NCBI GenBank assembly: GCA_017480045.1
Contig: JAFVBK010000051.1
Coordinates: 1-42,679, forward strand
Source: Clostridia bacterium
GTDB lineage: Bacteria > Bacillota > Clostridia > Christensenellales > Aristaeellaceae
Direction: 5' to 3'
DNA: 42,679 bases
In this document: positions 16,749-25,426 of the stretch, piece by piece
How the letters are laid out: each line of letters begins with the position of its first letter
Numbering within the stretch: position 1 is the first letter of the stretch
The notes under the pieces: model-generated
What the model saw: only the letters and a program-made list of their open reading frames with translations
Told to the model about the DNA's origin: nothing
Database searches by the model: none
Program-made: the position numbers and the translations under genes

Positions 16749-19022
16749 ATGCAGGCGACGAGCGCGACCTGGCGCGCGTTGGCGGCGGCCGGGACGGCGC
16801 GACTTGAGACTGTGGCCGTGATTGACGGTACGGAGTACGTCGCGATCTCCGCGCCGGCGATCAACCGCGCGCTGACGCAGGACGGGTTGAGCGTTGGCAA
16901 CGCCGTTTCAGCGAGCTGCCAGTTTTCCGTTCTGACGGACGACAGCATTCCCAGGGCCGCGAAGGTGGTCATCAGGATGCGGCTATCGGATGGCGAAAAG
17001 GTGAGCGAATGGCTGCCGGCGGGGACGTTTTTTGTGAGTCATCGTGAAAAGGACGCGGTGACGGGGCTGACGGCGCTTGAATGCTATGACGCGATGCTGA
17101 AGGCCAACGCTGCTTATTCGAGAGAGGGCGCCTGGCCCCGGTCAATGGCGGAGGTGGCGGCGGAGATCGCGGAGGCGCTGGGCGTTGGGCTTGACCCACG
17201 CACGCGGCTGCAGAAGGGCGACGATTTTATGGTGTCGCTGCCGGAAGCAGGCATGACGATGCGGGAGGTGCTGTGCGGCATTGCCTCCGCGCAAGGCGGC
17301 AATTGGGTGGTGACACAGCAAAACAAGCTGAGATTGCTGACGCTCGGCTCGACAGAGGACGAGGCGGAGGCGTTGGCCGTGCTGGGCGGCGTGTCCGCCG
17401 GAGCGGAGCAGACCATTACCGGTTTGCGCGTCACCGGAATCGGCGAGGAGCGATTGATTGGAACCGACGGGGGACTGGTGCTGGAAATCGCGTCGCCCTA
17501 TGCCACCGACGGAGGGCTTGAGTGGCTGTCGGGCCGGTTGATTGGCTCGACCTATCAGCCCTACGCGCTACGCGCGGCGATCTACGACCCCGCCGTGGAG
17601 CTGGGAGACCGCGTTCGCAGCAAAGACGACGTGATGAGCGCGCTATATTGCGAAAATGCCATGCTGGGGCTGGCGTTTCGCGGGGATATTTCCGCGCCGG
17701 AGCCGGGCGAGCTGGCGGACGAATACCCATACATCGGCGCATCCGACAGGTTGAAGCAGTTGTACGCGCAGGTGCAGACGTTGGAGGCGACGAAAGCGGA
17801 CGAAGCGGACGTAGCCGCCGCGGAGGACCGGGCCAATGCCGCGGCCCAGGCATATGCTGCAGCGGCTGAGGAGAGCGCCAAGACCGCCGCGCAGGCGTAC
17901 GCGGACAACGCCGAGGAGAGCGCCAAGACCGCCGCGCGGAGCTATGCAGATGCCGCGAAGGCGAGCGCGAACGCGGTGACGCGGGCGCTGGACGCCGCTC
18001 TGACGCAGCAGGAGGTGTTCAATCGACTGACCAACGATGGCGAGACGCAGGGCCTTTATTTGAAGGACGGCAAGCTGTATATCAACGGCAGCTATATCGA
18101 CGCGGGCACGCTGGACGCGGACTTGATCAGAGCGGGCACGATTGCCGACGAAAGCGGAGAAAACTATTGGATACTGGATGGCGACAACAGCGAGTTTGTG
18201 ACCAGAAAGGGCGTCATCGGCGATTTTATTCTTGAGGACGGCGCGCTGCAATACGGTTCGCTGGAGGTTGGCGGTCAAGGCTCCTATATTGGCAAGGCCG
18301 GCGTCATCTATAACGTGACGCTGAATACCGGGAGTACCTCCAAGGTGCAGATATTTGCCCAGGGCCTGGATTTCTATTGGAACGGCGCGTTGAAGACGAG
18401 GCTGTTCCAGGGCGCCGGCGGCATCAATTTACGCTGCTATGATGACAGCGGCGCGCAGACGACGCCATTTCAAGCGTATAACGCCGATGGCATCCAGGGC
18501 GTCTATCTGCGCTACGATACGCGGTGCACCGAGCGGCTGTACGTGAGCAAGGCGACGACCATGTATGGCGGTGGCACGGTTATCGGCGATTTCTCCGTCT
18601 CCGGCACGAAGAGCCGCCGGGTGAGCACTTCGCAATACTCCGACCGGCTGCTGTACTGCTATGAGACGCCGAGCCCACTGTTTGGCGATGTGGGCGATGG
18701 CGTGATCGGCGAGGACGGCAAGTGCTATGTGTGGCTGGACGCGGTGTTTGCCGGTACCATCTCGACGAGCCGGTATCAGGTGTTTCTTCAGCGCTATGGG
18801 GCGGGTGAATGCCATATCGCGGAGCGCCGCCCGGCCTGCTTCGTCGTGGCGGGGACGCCGGGTCTGGCCTTTGGCTGGGAATTAAAGGCGAAGCAGCGGG
18901 ACTTCGACCAGCGGCGTTTGGATGGCGCGGAGCCGCCCTATACGCCTACGGGTACCGACTACGGCGCTTTGGCGTCGCAGCATATAACAGATTTGCAGAA
19001 AGGGAGGATTGAGGCGGCATGA
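16749..19022 (+). CDS. Tail-associated protein fused to a fibre / receptor-binding region (Tal-like N-terminus, Ala-rich coiled coil, C-terminal fibre domain)
   Basis: ATG 16749 preceded by GGGGGGGAAGGA. The middle region reads AAAQAYAAAAEESAKTAAQAYADNAEESAKTAARSYADAAKASANA. The motif FNRLTNDGETQGLYLKDGKLYINGSYIDAGTL is typical of phage fibre proteins. Confidence 0.8.
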   Translation: MQATSATWRALAAAGTARLETVAVIDGTEYVAISAPAINRALTQDGLSVGNAVSASCQFSVLTDDSIPRAAKVVIRMRLSDGEKVSEWLPAGTFFVSHREKDAVTGLTALECYDAMLKANAAYSREGAWPRSMAEVAAEIAEALGVGLDPRTRLQKGDDFMVSLPEAGMTMREVLCGIASAQGGNWVVTQQNKLRLLTLGSTEDEAEALAVLGGVSAGAEQTITGLRVTGIGEERLIGTDGGLVLEIASPYATDGGLEWLSGRLIGSTYQPYALRAAIYDPAVELGDRVRSKDDVMSALYCENAMLGLAFRGDISAPEPGELADEYPYIGASDRLKQLYAQVQTLEATKADEADVAAAEDRANAAAQAYAAAAEESAKTAAQAYADNAEESAKTAARSYADAAKASANAVTRALDAALTQQEVFNRLTNDGETQGLYLKDGKLYINGSYIDAGTLDADLIRAGTIADESGENYWILDGDNSEFVTRKGVIGDFILEDGALQYGSLEVGGQGSYIGKAGVIYNVTLNTGSTSKVQIFAQGLDFYWNGALKTRLFQGAGGINLRCYDDSGAQTTPFQAYNADGIQGVYLRYDTRCTERLYVSKATTMYGGGTVIGDFSVSGTKSRRVSTSQYSDRLLYCYETPSPLFGDVGDGVIGEDGKCYVWLDAVFAGTISTSRYQVFLQRYGAGECHIAERRPACFVVAGTPGLAFGWELKAKQRDFDQRRLDGAEPPYTPTGTDYGALASQHITDLQKGRIEAA

Positions 19023-19210
19023 AGATCATCACCAGTGTGACCGTGTTCAACGACGCCGTGGGCATGCGCATGAGCGCGACTTATTCCGAGGTGGACGATG
19101 CTACCGGGCGCATAACGAACGACAACCAGCGATTTGACCGCGTGATTACCGACGAGACCGCGAAGACCGAGGCTCAGGCGATTCTGGCATACGCGGCGGA
19201 GAATCTCTGA
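19019..19210 (+). CDS. 63-aa hypothetical protein; last gene of the phage-like cluster
   Basis: ATGA overlap with the fibre gene stop. No hydrophobic segment is visible, so it is not a holin. Confidence 0.5.
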   Translation: MKIITSVTVFNDAVGMRMSATYSEVDDATGRITNDNQRFDRVITDETAKTEAQAILAYAAENL

Positions 19211-19216
19211 GAAACA

Positions 19217-19253
19217 AGAACGTTCGTTCGGCAAAAAATTAAACATATGTTCG
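19217..19253 (+). promoter_or_regulatory. Two LexA (Cheo/DinR) boxes upstream of recA
   Basis: AGAACGTTCGTTCG (19217-19230) and TAAACATATGTTCG (19240-19253) compared with the Firmicute consensus CGAAC-N4-GTTCG. Confidence 0.8.
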
Positions 19254-19254
19254 A

Positions 19255-19283
19255 TTCCAATCCCACCTGCTGTGTGCTATAAT
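19255..19283 (+). promoter_or_regulatory. recA promoter with an extended -10 (TGCTATAAT)
   Basis: TGCTATAAT at 19275-19283, with a weak -35 (TTCCAA) 17 nt upstream, abutting the second LexA box. Confidence 0.65.
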
Positions 19284-19384
19284 GATGAAGTGATCGAAGC
19301 GAGCAACGCTTCGGGACGCTCGAAAGGCGTTATAAGTACACAGTGGCGGGATTTACCGCAAATAAAGCGTTGGAGGATACCCAG

Positions 19385-20506
<1,122 letters not shown>

Positions 20507-20531
20507 TTTCTCGATCAAAGGATTATGATTG

Positions 20532-20573
20532 GCCGCGAGCGTAGCGCATGCGCTCGCGGCTTTGGCAATTTTT
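20532..20573 (+). terminator. Rho-independent terminator after recA
   Basis: Perfect 10-bp stem, GCCGCGAGCG / CGCTCGCGGC, followed by TTTGGCAATTTTT. Confidence 0.75.
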
Positions 20574-20681
20574 GGCGCGGCTGCCGTCGAGAGAACGGCG
20601 GAAAGACGTTTGCGCGGGCCATCGCGATCCCGACAGCGTGGCCAGAGCCCGATATTCAAGGCCGCAGCGTGAATTTTGAAG

Positions 20682-20710
20682 TTGACAAGCGACGGAGAGA
20701 CAGATAGAAT
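20682..20710 (+). promoter_or_regulatory. Promoter for the sugar transferase gene (TTGACA-17 nt-TAGAAT)
   Basis: TTGACA at 20682-20687 and TAGAAT at 20705-20710. Confidence 0.6.
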
Positions 20711-20791
20711 ATAATGTGATAAGTTATGTGAGAGCTGCGGCTGAAATCGAAGCTGCATTATAAGAACGAGAGAAAAGGTAGTGAGTGACGG

Positions 20792-22252
20792 ATGGACGCT
20801 CAAAGGCGCGCTCAGCTGCGGGATGCCAGAGCCCGTGGAAGCAGGGGATGGCACAAGCAGCGCCTGCCCAGGGCCCCCAGAAAGGGCGCCAATCTGCACC
20901 ATGATTTTGGACTGAGACTGCTAAAGGTGACGAATGTCGCGCTGATTACAGTGCCGTTCGCGCTGTGCTGGGTGCTCTACTACATCTATACGGTGCTTAT
21001 GTTTCCTTCTATATACAGGGCGAGCGGTATCGTGCTGATGTTTATTGTGCTGTATTCCTTCTTTGGACGCGCCTATGAGGCCTTTCTGGTGTCGCTCAAG
21101 CGCATATCGGATATGTTCTATGCCCAGGCGTTGAGCATACTGTTTGCGGACGCCTTTATGTTTCTGGTGCTGTGGCTGATGAGTAACGCGTTCCCCAATC
21201 TGCTGCCCGCGCTGGCGGCGATGGGGGCGCAGCTGGGGCTGTCGGCGCTGTGGTGCTGGGGCGCGAACCGATGGTACTATGCCAACTACGCGCGACAAAA
21301 AACCGGCGTTATCTACGATATGCGGCGCGGGGTGGAGGATCTGTTTGGCCAGTACGGCATGGAGCAGAAATTCGACGTGCGCTTTACCTGCACGGTGGAA
21401 AGCTGCCTGGAGCATCTGGAACAGCTGGATGAGCTCACTTCGGTGTTTTTGTGCGGCGTGCACAGCCATGAGCGCAACATCATATTGAAATACTGTGTGG
21501 CCAACGGCATCGTGGTGTACATTATTCCCCGCGTTGGCGACGTGATTATGAGCGGCGCGAGGAAGATTCACCTGTTCCATCTGCCCATGCTGCGCGTGGA
21601 CCGCTATAATCCGCCGCCGGAGTACACCGCGGCCAAGCGCGCGCTGGACATTCTGATGAGCGTGCTTTTGCTGGCGATGTTCAGCCCGATACTGCTGCTG
21701 ACCGCGTTGTGCATCAAGCTGCAGGACGGCGGTCCGGTGTTTTACAAGCAGGTGCGGCTGACGAAGGACGGACAGGAATTCAAGATGCTGAAATTCCGTT
21801 CCATGGTGGTTTCGGCGGAGGACGACGGCGTGGCCAGGATGTCCACCGGCGACGTTGACGCCCGCATCACCAGGGTTGGCCGGATCATTCGCGCCTATCG
21901 CATCGACGAGCTGCCTCAGCTGTTCAACGTGCTGGGTGGCAGCATGAGTCTCGTCGGTCCGCGGCCGGAGCGCCCGGAGATCGCCGCCGAATACGAGAAG
22001 GAGATGCCGGAGTTCGCGTTGCGGCTACAGGCCAGGGCGGGGCTTACAGGCTATGCCCAGGTCTACGGCAAGTACAATACCACGCCCTATGACAAGCTGC
22101 AGATGGACCTGATGTACATCTCCCGCCCCAGCATTATTGAGGATATTAAAATACTGTTTGCCACATTCATGATCATCTTCCAGCGTGAGAGCACGGAGGG
22201 TATCGCGCCGGGCCATGTGAACGCCGGCTCCGACGATGAGCCCGCGGCATAA
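20792..22252 (+). CDS. Exopolysaccharide-priming polyprenyl glycosylphosphotransferase (bacterial sugar transferase, WbaP/EpsL-like)
   Basis: Multiple N-terminal TM helices. C-terminal PF02397-type motifs: KRALDI, GPVFYKQVRLTKDGQEFKMLKFRSM, DELPQLFNVLGGSMSLVGPRPERP. The start codon is uncertain. Confidence 0.88.
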   Translation: MDAQRRAQLRDARARGSRGWHKQRLPRAPRKGANLHHDFGLRLLKVTNVALITVPFALCWVLYYIYTVLMFPSIYRASGIVLMFIVLYSFFGRAYEAFLVSLKRISDMFYAQALSILFADAFMFLVLWLMSNAFPNLLPALAAMGAQLGLSALWCWGANRWYYANYARQKTGVIYDMRRGVEDLFGQYGMEQKFDVRFTCTVESCLEHLEQLDELTSVFLCGVHSHERNIILKYCVANGIVVYIIPRVGDVIMSGARKIHLFHLPMLRVDRYNPPPEYTAAKRALDILMSVLLLAMFSPILLLTALCIKLQDGGPVFYKQVRLTKDGQEFKMLKFRSMVVSAEDDGVARMSTGDVDARITRVGRIIRAYRIDELPQLFNVLGGSMSLVGPRPERPEIAAEYEKEMPEFALRLQARAGLTGYAQVYGKYNTTPYDKLQMDLMYISRPSIIEDIKILFATFMIIFQRESTEGIAPGHVNAGSDDEPAA

Positions 22253-22266
22253 ATAAATATACAGCG

Positions 22267-22304
22267 CAGAAGCGCGCCCGATACGCGGGCGCGCTTCTGT
22301 TGTG
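22267..22304 (+). terminator. Rho-independent terminator after the sugar transferase gene
   Basis: Perfect 14-bp stem, CAGAAGCGCGCCCG / CGGGCGCGCTTCTG, loop ATACG. The T-tract is weak (TTGTG). Confidence 0.65.
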
Positions 22305-22540
22305 AAAAGGTTATAAATATGAGAAGAGCCCGCCGGCGGCGGCCCAATCGGTCGCCGCGGACGGAACGGCGCGGCCAGCGTTGGTTTAAATGTTTTAATT
22401 AAGAATAATGAACAATATGCCCAGTTTCAATCCGAAAAAAATAAAAAATATATCCTAAAAACGATAGATTATGTGAATTATAGACAAATCGGAGGTTCCT
22501 TTTTTGGCAATTTAAGTGGACGCAAAAATGGATAATAAGG

Positions 22541-22569
22541 TAGACTTTGTGAGCTGAGCGTGTTATAAT
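22541..22569 (+). promoter_or_regulatory. Promoter of the ABC transporter operon (TAGACT-17 nt-TATAAT, with a TG extension)
   Basis: TGTTATAAT at 22561-22569, at the edge of the AT-rich island. Leaves a leader of about 175 nt. Confidence 0.55.
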
Positions 22570-22749
22570 ATTATATAAAGAATTGATGAATATCCATCAG
22601 GACGATGGCGCTTGGAACGCATAAAAATGCACCGCCAAAACCGGTGCGAATGGTCTGCTTTGCGCATCGGCCGCTTCGCGGCGGCCAACCGCAAACCAAC
22701 CCGATGCGAAGCCGAACGGCTTGCAATATATTTCAAGGAGGACTATCCC

Positions 22750-23742
22750 ATGAAGAAACTGTTGACTTTGGTCCTGGCTCTGGGCCTCGTGCTGTGTATG
22801 GTTGCCAGCGCTTCCGCTGATGTCACCATCGCCTTCTCCCAGATCGGTCAGGAATCCGACTGGCGCACCGCCAACACCGACAGCGTGACCGCCGCGATCG
22901 AAGGCCATGAGGGCTGGGAGTTCGTGTACTCCGACGGCCAGCAGAAGCAGGAGAACCAGATTCAGGCTCTGCGCAACTTCATCACCCAGGGCGTTGACTA
23001 CATCCTGTTCACTGGCGTTGTGACCTCCGGCTGGGACGAGGTTCTGACCGAGGTTAACGAGGCTGAGATCCCGCTGATCCTGTTGGACCGCATCCCGGAT
23101 TGCGCGGACAAGATCGACTACGTGGCTGCTTTCGGCGGCGACTTCCCGCTGGAGGGCCGTCGTCAGGTGCAGTGGGCCGGCGAATATCTGAAGAGCTTGG
23201 GCCGCGACAGCGAGGATGTCAATGTCGTCATCATGGAAGGCACCACCGGCGCTGACGCGCAGGTTGGCCGTACCGAAGGCAACCTGGCCGCTCTGGAGGA
23301 TTATCCCTTCATGAAGGTCGTCGGCCAGCAGACCGGTAACTTCACCCGCGCCGAAGGCCAGGCTCTGATGGAGAGCTGGCTGAAGTCCATCGACCAGATC
23401 GACGTGCTGATCGCTCAGAACGACGACATGGCCCTGGGCGCCATCGACGCCATCAAGGCCGCCGGCAAGGTGCCCGGCGAGGACATCATCATCGTCGGCT
23501 GCGACTCCGTTAAGGCTGCCTTCGAAGCGATCGTTGCTGGCGAGATGAACGCCACCATCGAGTGCAACCCCCTGTACGGCCCCTTCGTCGTCGAGACCAT
23601 CGAGGCGCTGGAAGCCGGCGAGACCTTCGACAAGACGGTCGTGCATCCCGAAGAGGGCGTGTATGACTGCGTTGGCGGCATCGAGGTTGAGGGCACCACT
23701 TCCGTGCTGGCCGCGGACGTCATCGACGAGCGTCAGTATTGA
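22750..23742 (+). CDS. ytfQ: Sugar ABC transporter substrate-binding protein, YtfQ-like (galactofuranose-binding family)
   Basis: RBS AGGAGG, then ATG 22750. Signal peptide MKKLLTLVLALGLVLCMVASASA. Motifs FSQIGQESDWR, DGQQKQENQIQALRNFITQGVD and AQNDDMALGA match my recollection of E. coli YtfQ. Confidence 0.85.
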   Translation: MKKLLTLVLALGLVLCMVASASADVTIAFSQIGQESDWRTANTDSVTAAIEGHEGWEFVYSDGQQKQENQIQALRNFITQGVDYILFTGVVTSGWDEVLTEVNEAEIPLILLDRIPDCADKIDYVAAFGGDFPLEGRRQVQWAGEYLKSLGRDSEDVNVVIMEGTTGADAQVGRTEGNLAALEDYPFMKVVGQQTGNFTRAEGQALMESWLKSIDQIDVLIAQNDDMALGAIDAIKAAGKVPGEDIIIVGCDSVKAAFEAIVAGEMNATIECNPLYGPFVVETIEALEAGETFDKTVVHPEEGVYDCVGGIEVEGTTSVLAADVIDERQY

Positions 23743-23797
23743 TCACTGAAAGTTCCCCAACAAGAAAGTCCTGCTGCTAAAGTAGCTTAGGCTTTTG

Positions 23798-23837
23798 CAG
23801 GGCGGCGGGTTTCCTGCCGCCCTGTTTATCGTTTTTA
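23798..23837 (+). terminator. Intra-operon rho-independent terminator / attenuator after the binding-protein gene
   Basis: Stem CAGGGCGGC / GCCGCCCTG followed by TTTATCGTTTTTA. Confidence 0.7.
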
Positions 23838-23929
23838 TCGCGACTCAGTCGTGGCCGCGCCCCGGCGGAAAGCGGAGACGCGGCCACGGCTGAGATGCTG
23901 CATTACACATATTGGAAGGAGGAATTGCT

Positions 23930-25426
23930 TTGCCGGAAAACATACTCGAAATGAAGGGCATTGAAATTCAGTTCCCCGGCGTCAAAGCGTTGGACGGCGT
24001 GGACTTCTCCCTTCGTGCCGGCGAGGTACACGCGCTGCTGGGCGAAAATGGCGCGGGCAAATCCACGCTGATCAAGTGTCTGACGGGCGTGAACCATAAG
24101 GATGCGGGCACAATCGTATTTGATGGACGGGAGATAACGCCCACCAGCCCCCAGAACGCCATCGACATGGGCATCGCCACCGTGTTCCAGGAGATTAACC
24201 TCTGTCCGAACCTTACCGTGGCGGAGAATATCTTTGTCGGGCGCAAGGAATTCAAGAAGAAGGTCATCAATCCCAAGGCGCAGGAGCTGATGAAGCGCTT
24301 TCACCTGGATATCGACGTGACCAGGCCGCTGTCCTATTATTCCACCGCCATACAGCAGATGGTGTCCATCGCGCGCGCGGTGAATATCGATTCAAAGATA
24401 TTGATACTGGACGAGCCCACCTCCTCGCTGGACGAAAACGAGGTACAGCTCCTGTTCAACGTCATGCGCGAGCTGAAGGCCGAAGGCATGGGCATCATTT
24501 TCATTACGCACTTCCTGGATCAGATCTATACCATCTCCGATCGCATGACCATCCTGCGCAATGGCAAGCTGGTGGGCACCTACGGCATTGATGAGATCAA
24601 CAAGCTACAACTGGTAACGCTGATGGTGGGCAAGGATATGGAGAATATCTTTGACCTGCATCCCTCGGAGGTTTCGGCGGACGCGCCCGTCATGCTGAAC
24701 GCCGAGCACATCGGCGCCCCCGGACCGGTTGCGGACATCAGCCTGAGCATGAAAAAGGGCGAACTGGTGGGCTTCGCGGGCCTGCTGGGCTCCGGTCGCA
24801 CGGAGACGGCCGAGATGATTTTCGGCGCGAATCGCCCGACCAGCGGCAAAATCACCCTGAACGGCAAACAGGTCGACGTGAAAAAACCCTTTGACGCCAT
24901 CATGGGCGGCGTCGCATTCTGCCCTGAGGACAGAAAGCGCGACGGCATCGTGGGCGATCTGTCCATCCGCGAAAACATCATGCTGGCGGTGCAGGCCAAG
25001 CGCGGCTTCCTGCATCCGCTGAGCAAGGCGGAGCAGAACGAGCTGGCGGACAGGTACATCAAAGCTCTGTCCATCGCCACGCCGGACGCCGAGAAGAAGA
25101 TCGGCGAGCTCTCCGGCGGCAACCAGCAGAAGGTCATACTGGCGCGCTGGATGGCGACCCAGCCGGATCTGCTGATATTGGACGAGCCCACGCGAGGTAT
25201 CGACGTCGGCGCGAAGGCGGAAATCCAGCGTCTGATGCTGGAGATGTGCAAGGACGGCGTGTCCGTCATATTCATCTCCTCTGAGCTGGAGGAGGTCATT
25301 CGCTGCTCCAACCGCATTGTCATCATGCGCGACGGCAAGAAGGCGGGCGAGCTGGAGGGCCCGTTCGACGGCAATACGCAGAATAGGATTTTGCAGATCA
25401 TCGCCGAGGGAGGTGACGCGCAGTGA
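23930..25426 (+). CDS. ytfR: Sugar ABC transporter ATP-binding protein with duplicated ATPase domains (YtfR-like)
   Basis: Two Walker A / signature sets (GENGAGKST ... ; LSGGNQQK ... LILDEPTRGID). TTG 23930 lies 7 nt after GGAAGGAGG. Alternative starts are TTG 23912 (track) and ATG 23951. Confidence 0.9.
   Translation: MPENILEMKGIEIQFPGVKALDGVDFSLRAGEVHALLGENGAGKSTLIKCLTGVNHKDAGTIVFDGREITPTSPQNAIDMGIATVFQEINLCPNLTVAENIFVGRKEFKKKVINPKAQELMKRFHLDIDVTRPLSYYSTAIQQMVSIARAVNIDSKILILDEPTSSLDENEVQLLFNVMRELKAEGMGIIFITHFLDQIYTISDRMTILRNGKLVGTYGIDEINKLQLVTLMVGKDMENIFDLHPSEVSADAPVMLNAEHIGAPGPVADISLSMKKGELVGFAGLLGSGRTETAEMIFGANRPTSGKITLNGKQVDVKKPFDAIMGGVAFCPEDRKRDGIVGDLSIRENIMLAVQAKRGFLHPLSKAEQNELADRYIKALSIATPDAEKKIGELSGGNQQKVILARWMATQPDLLILDEPTRGIDVGAKAEIQRLMLEMCKDGVSVIFISSELEEVIRCSNRIVIMRDGKKAGELEGPFDGNTQNRILQIIAEGGDAQ

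Larger units (their letters stand above)
4126..19210. mobile_element. Phage-derived head-tail morphogenesis cluster: regulators plus structural genes only (defective prophage, or a GTA/PBSX-like element)
   Basis: Contiguous canonical order: repressor, activator, TerS-like, TerL, portal, scaffold, MCP, connectors, tail tube, chaperones, TMP, Dit, Tal/fibre. No integrase, replication or lysis genes are seen in the window. Confidence 0.8.

Noticed and set aside
16749-19022. Diversity-generating retroelement targeting the tail fibre C-terminus
   Set aside because: No reverse transcriptase gene is present. I could find no template-repeat copy of the fibre 3-prime region anywhere in the window.
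19019-19210. Candidate holin at the end of the cluster
   Set aside because: The 63-aa product is hydrophilic and acidic throughout. It has no transmembrane segment.
22576-22749. Known riboswitch or cre site in the transporter operon leader
   Set aside because: I tried to fit the cre consensus TGWAANCGNTNWCA to TGGAACGCATAAAA and it fails at key positions. No riboswitch core motif that I know is visible. It is kept only as an unclassified leader in the findings.
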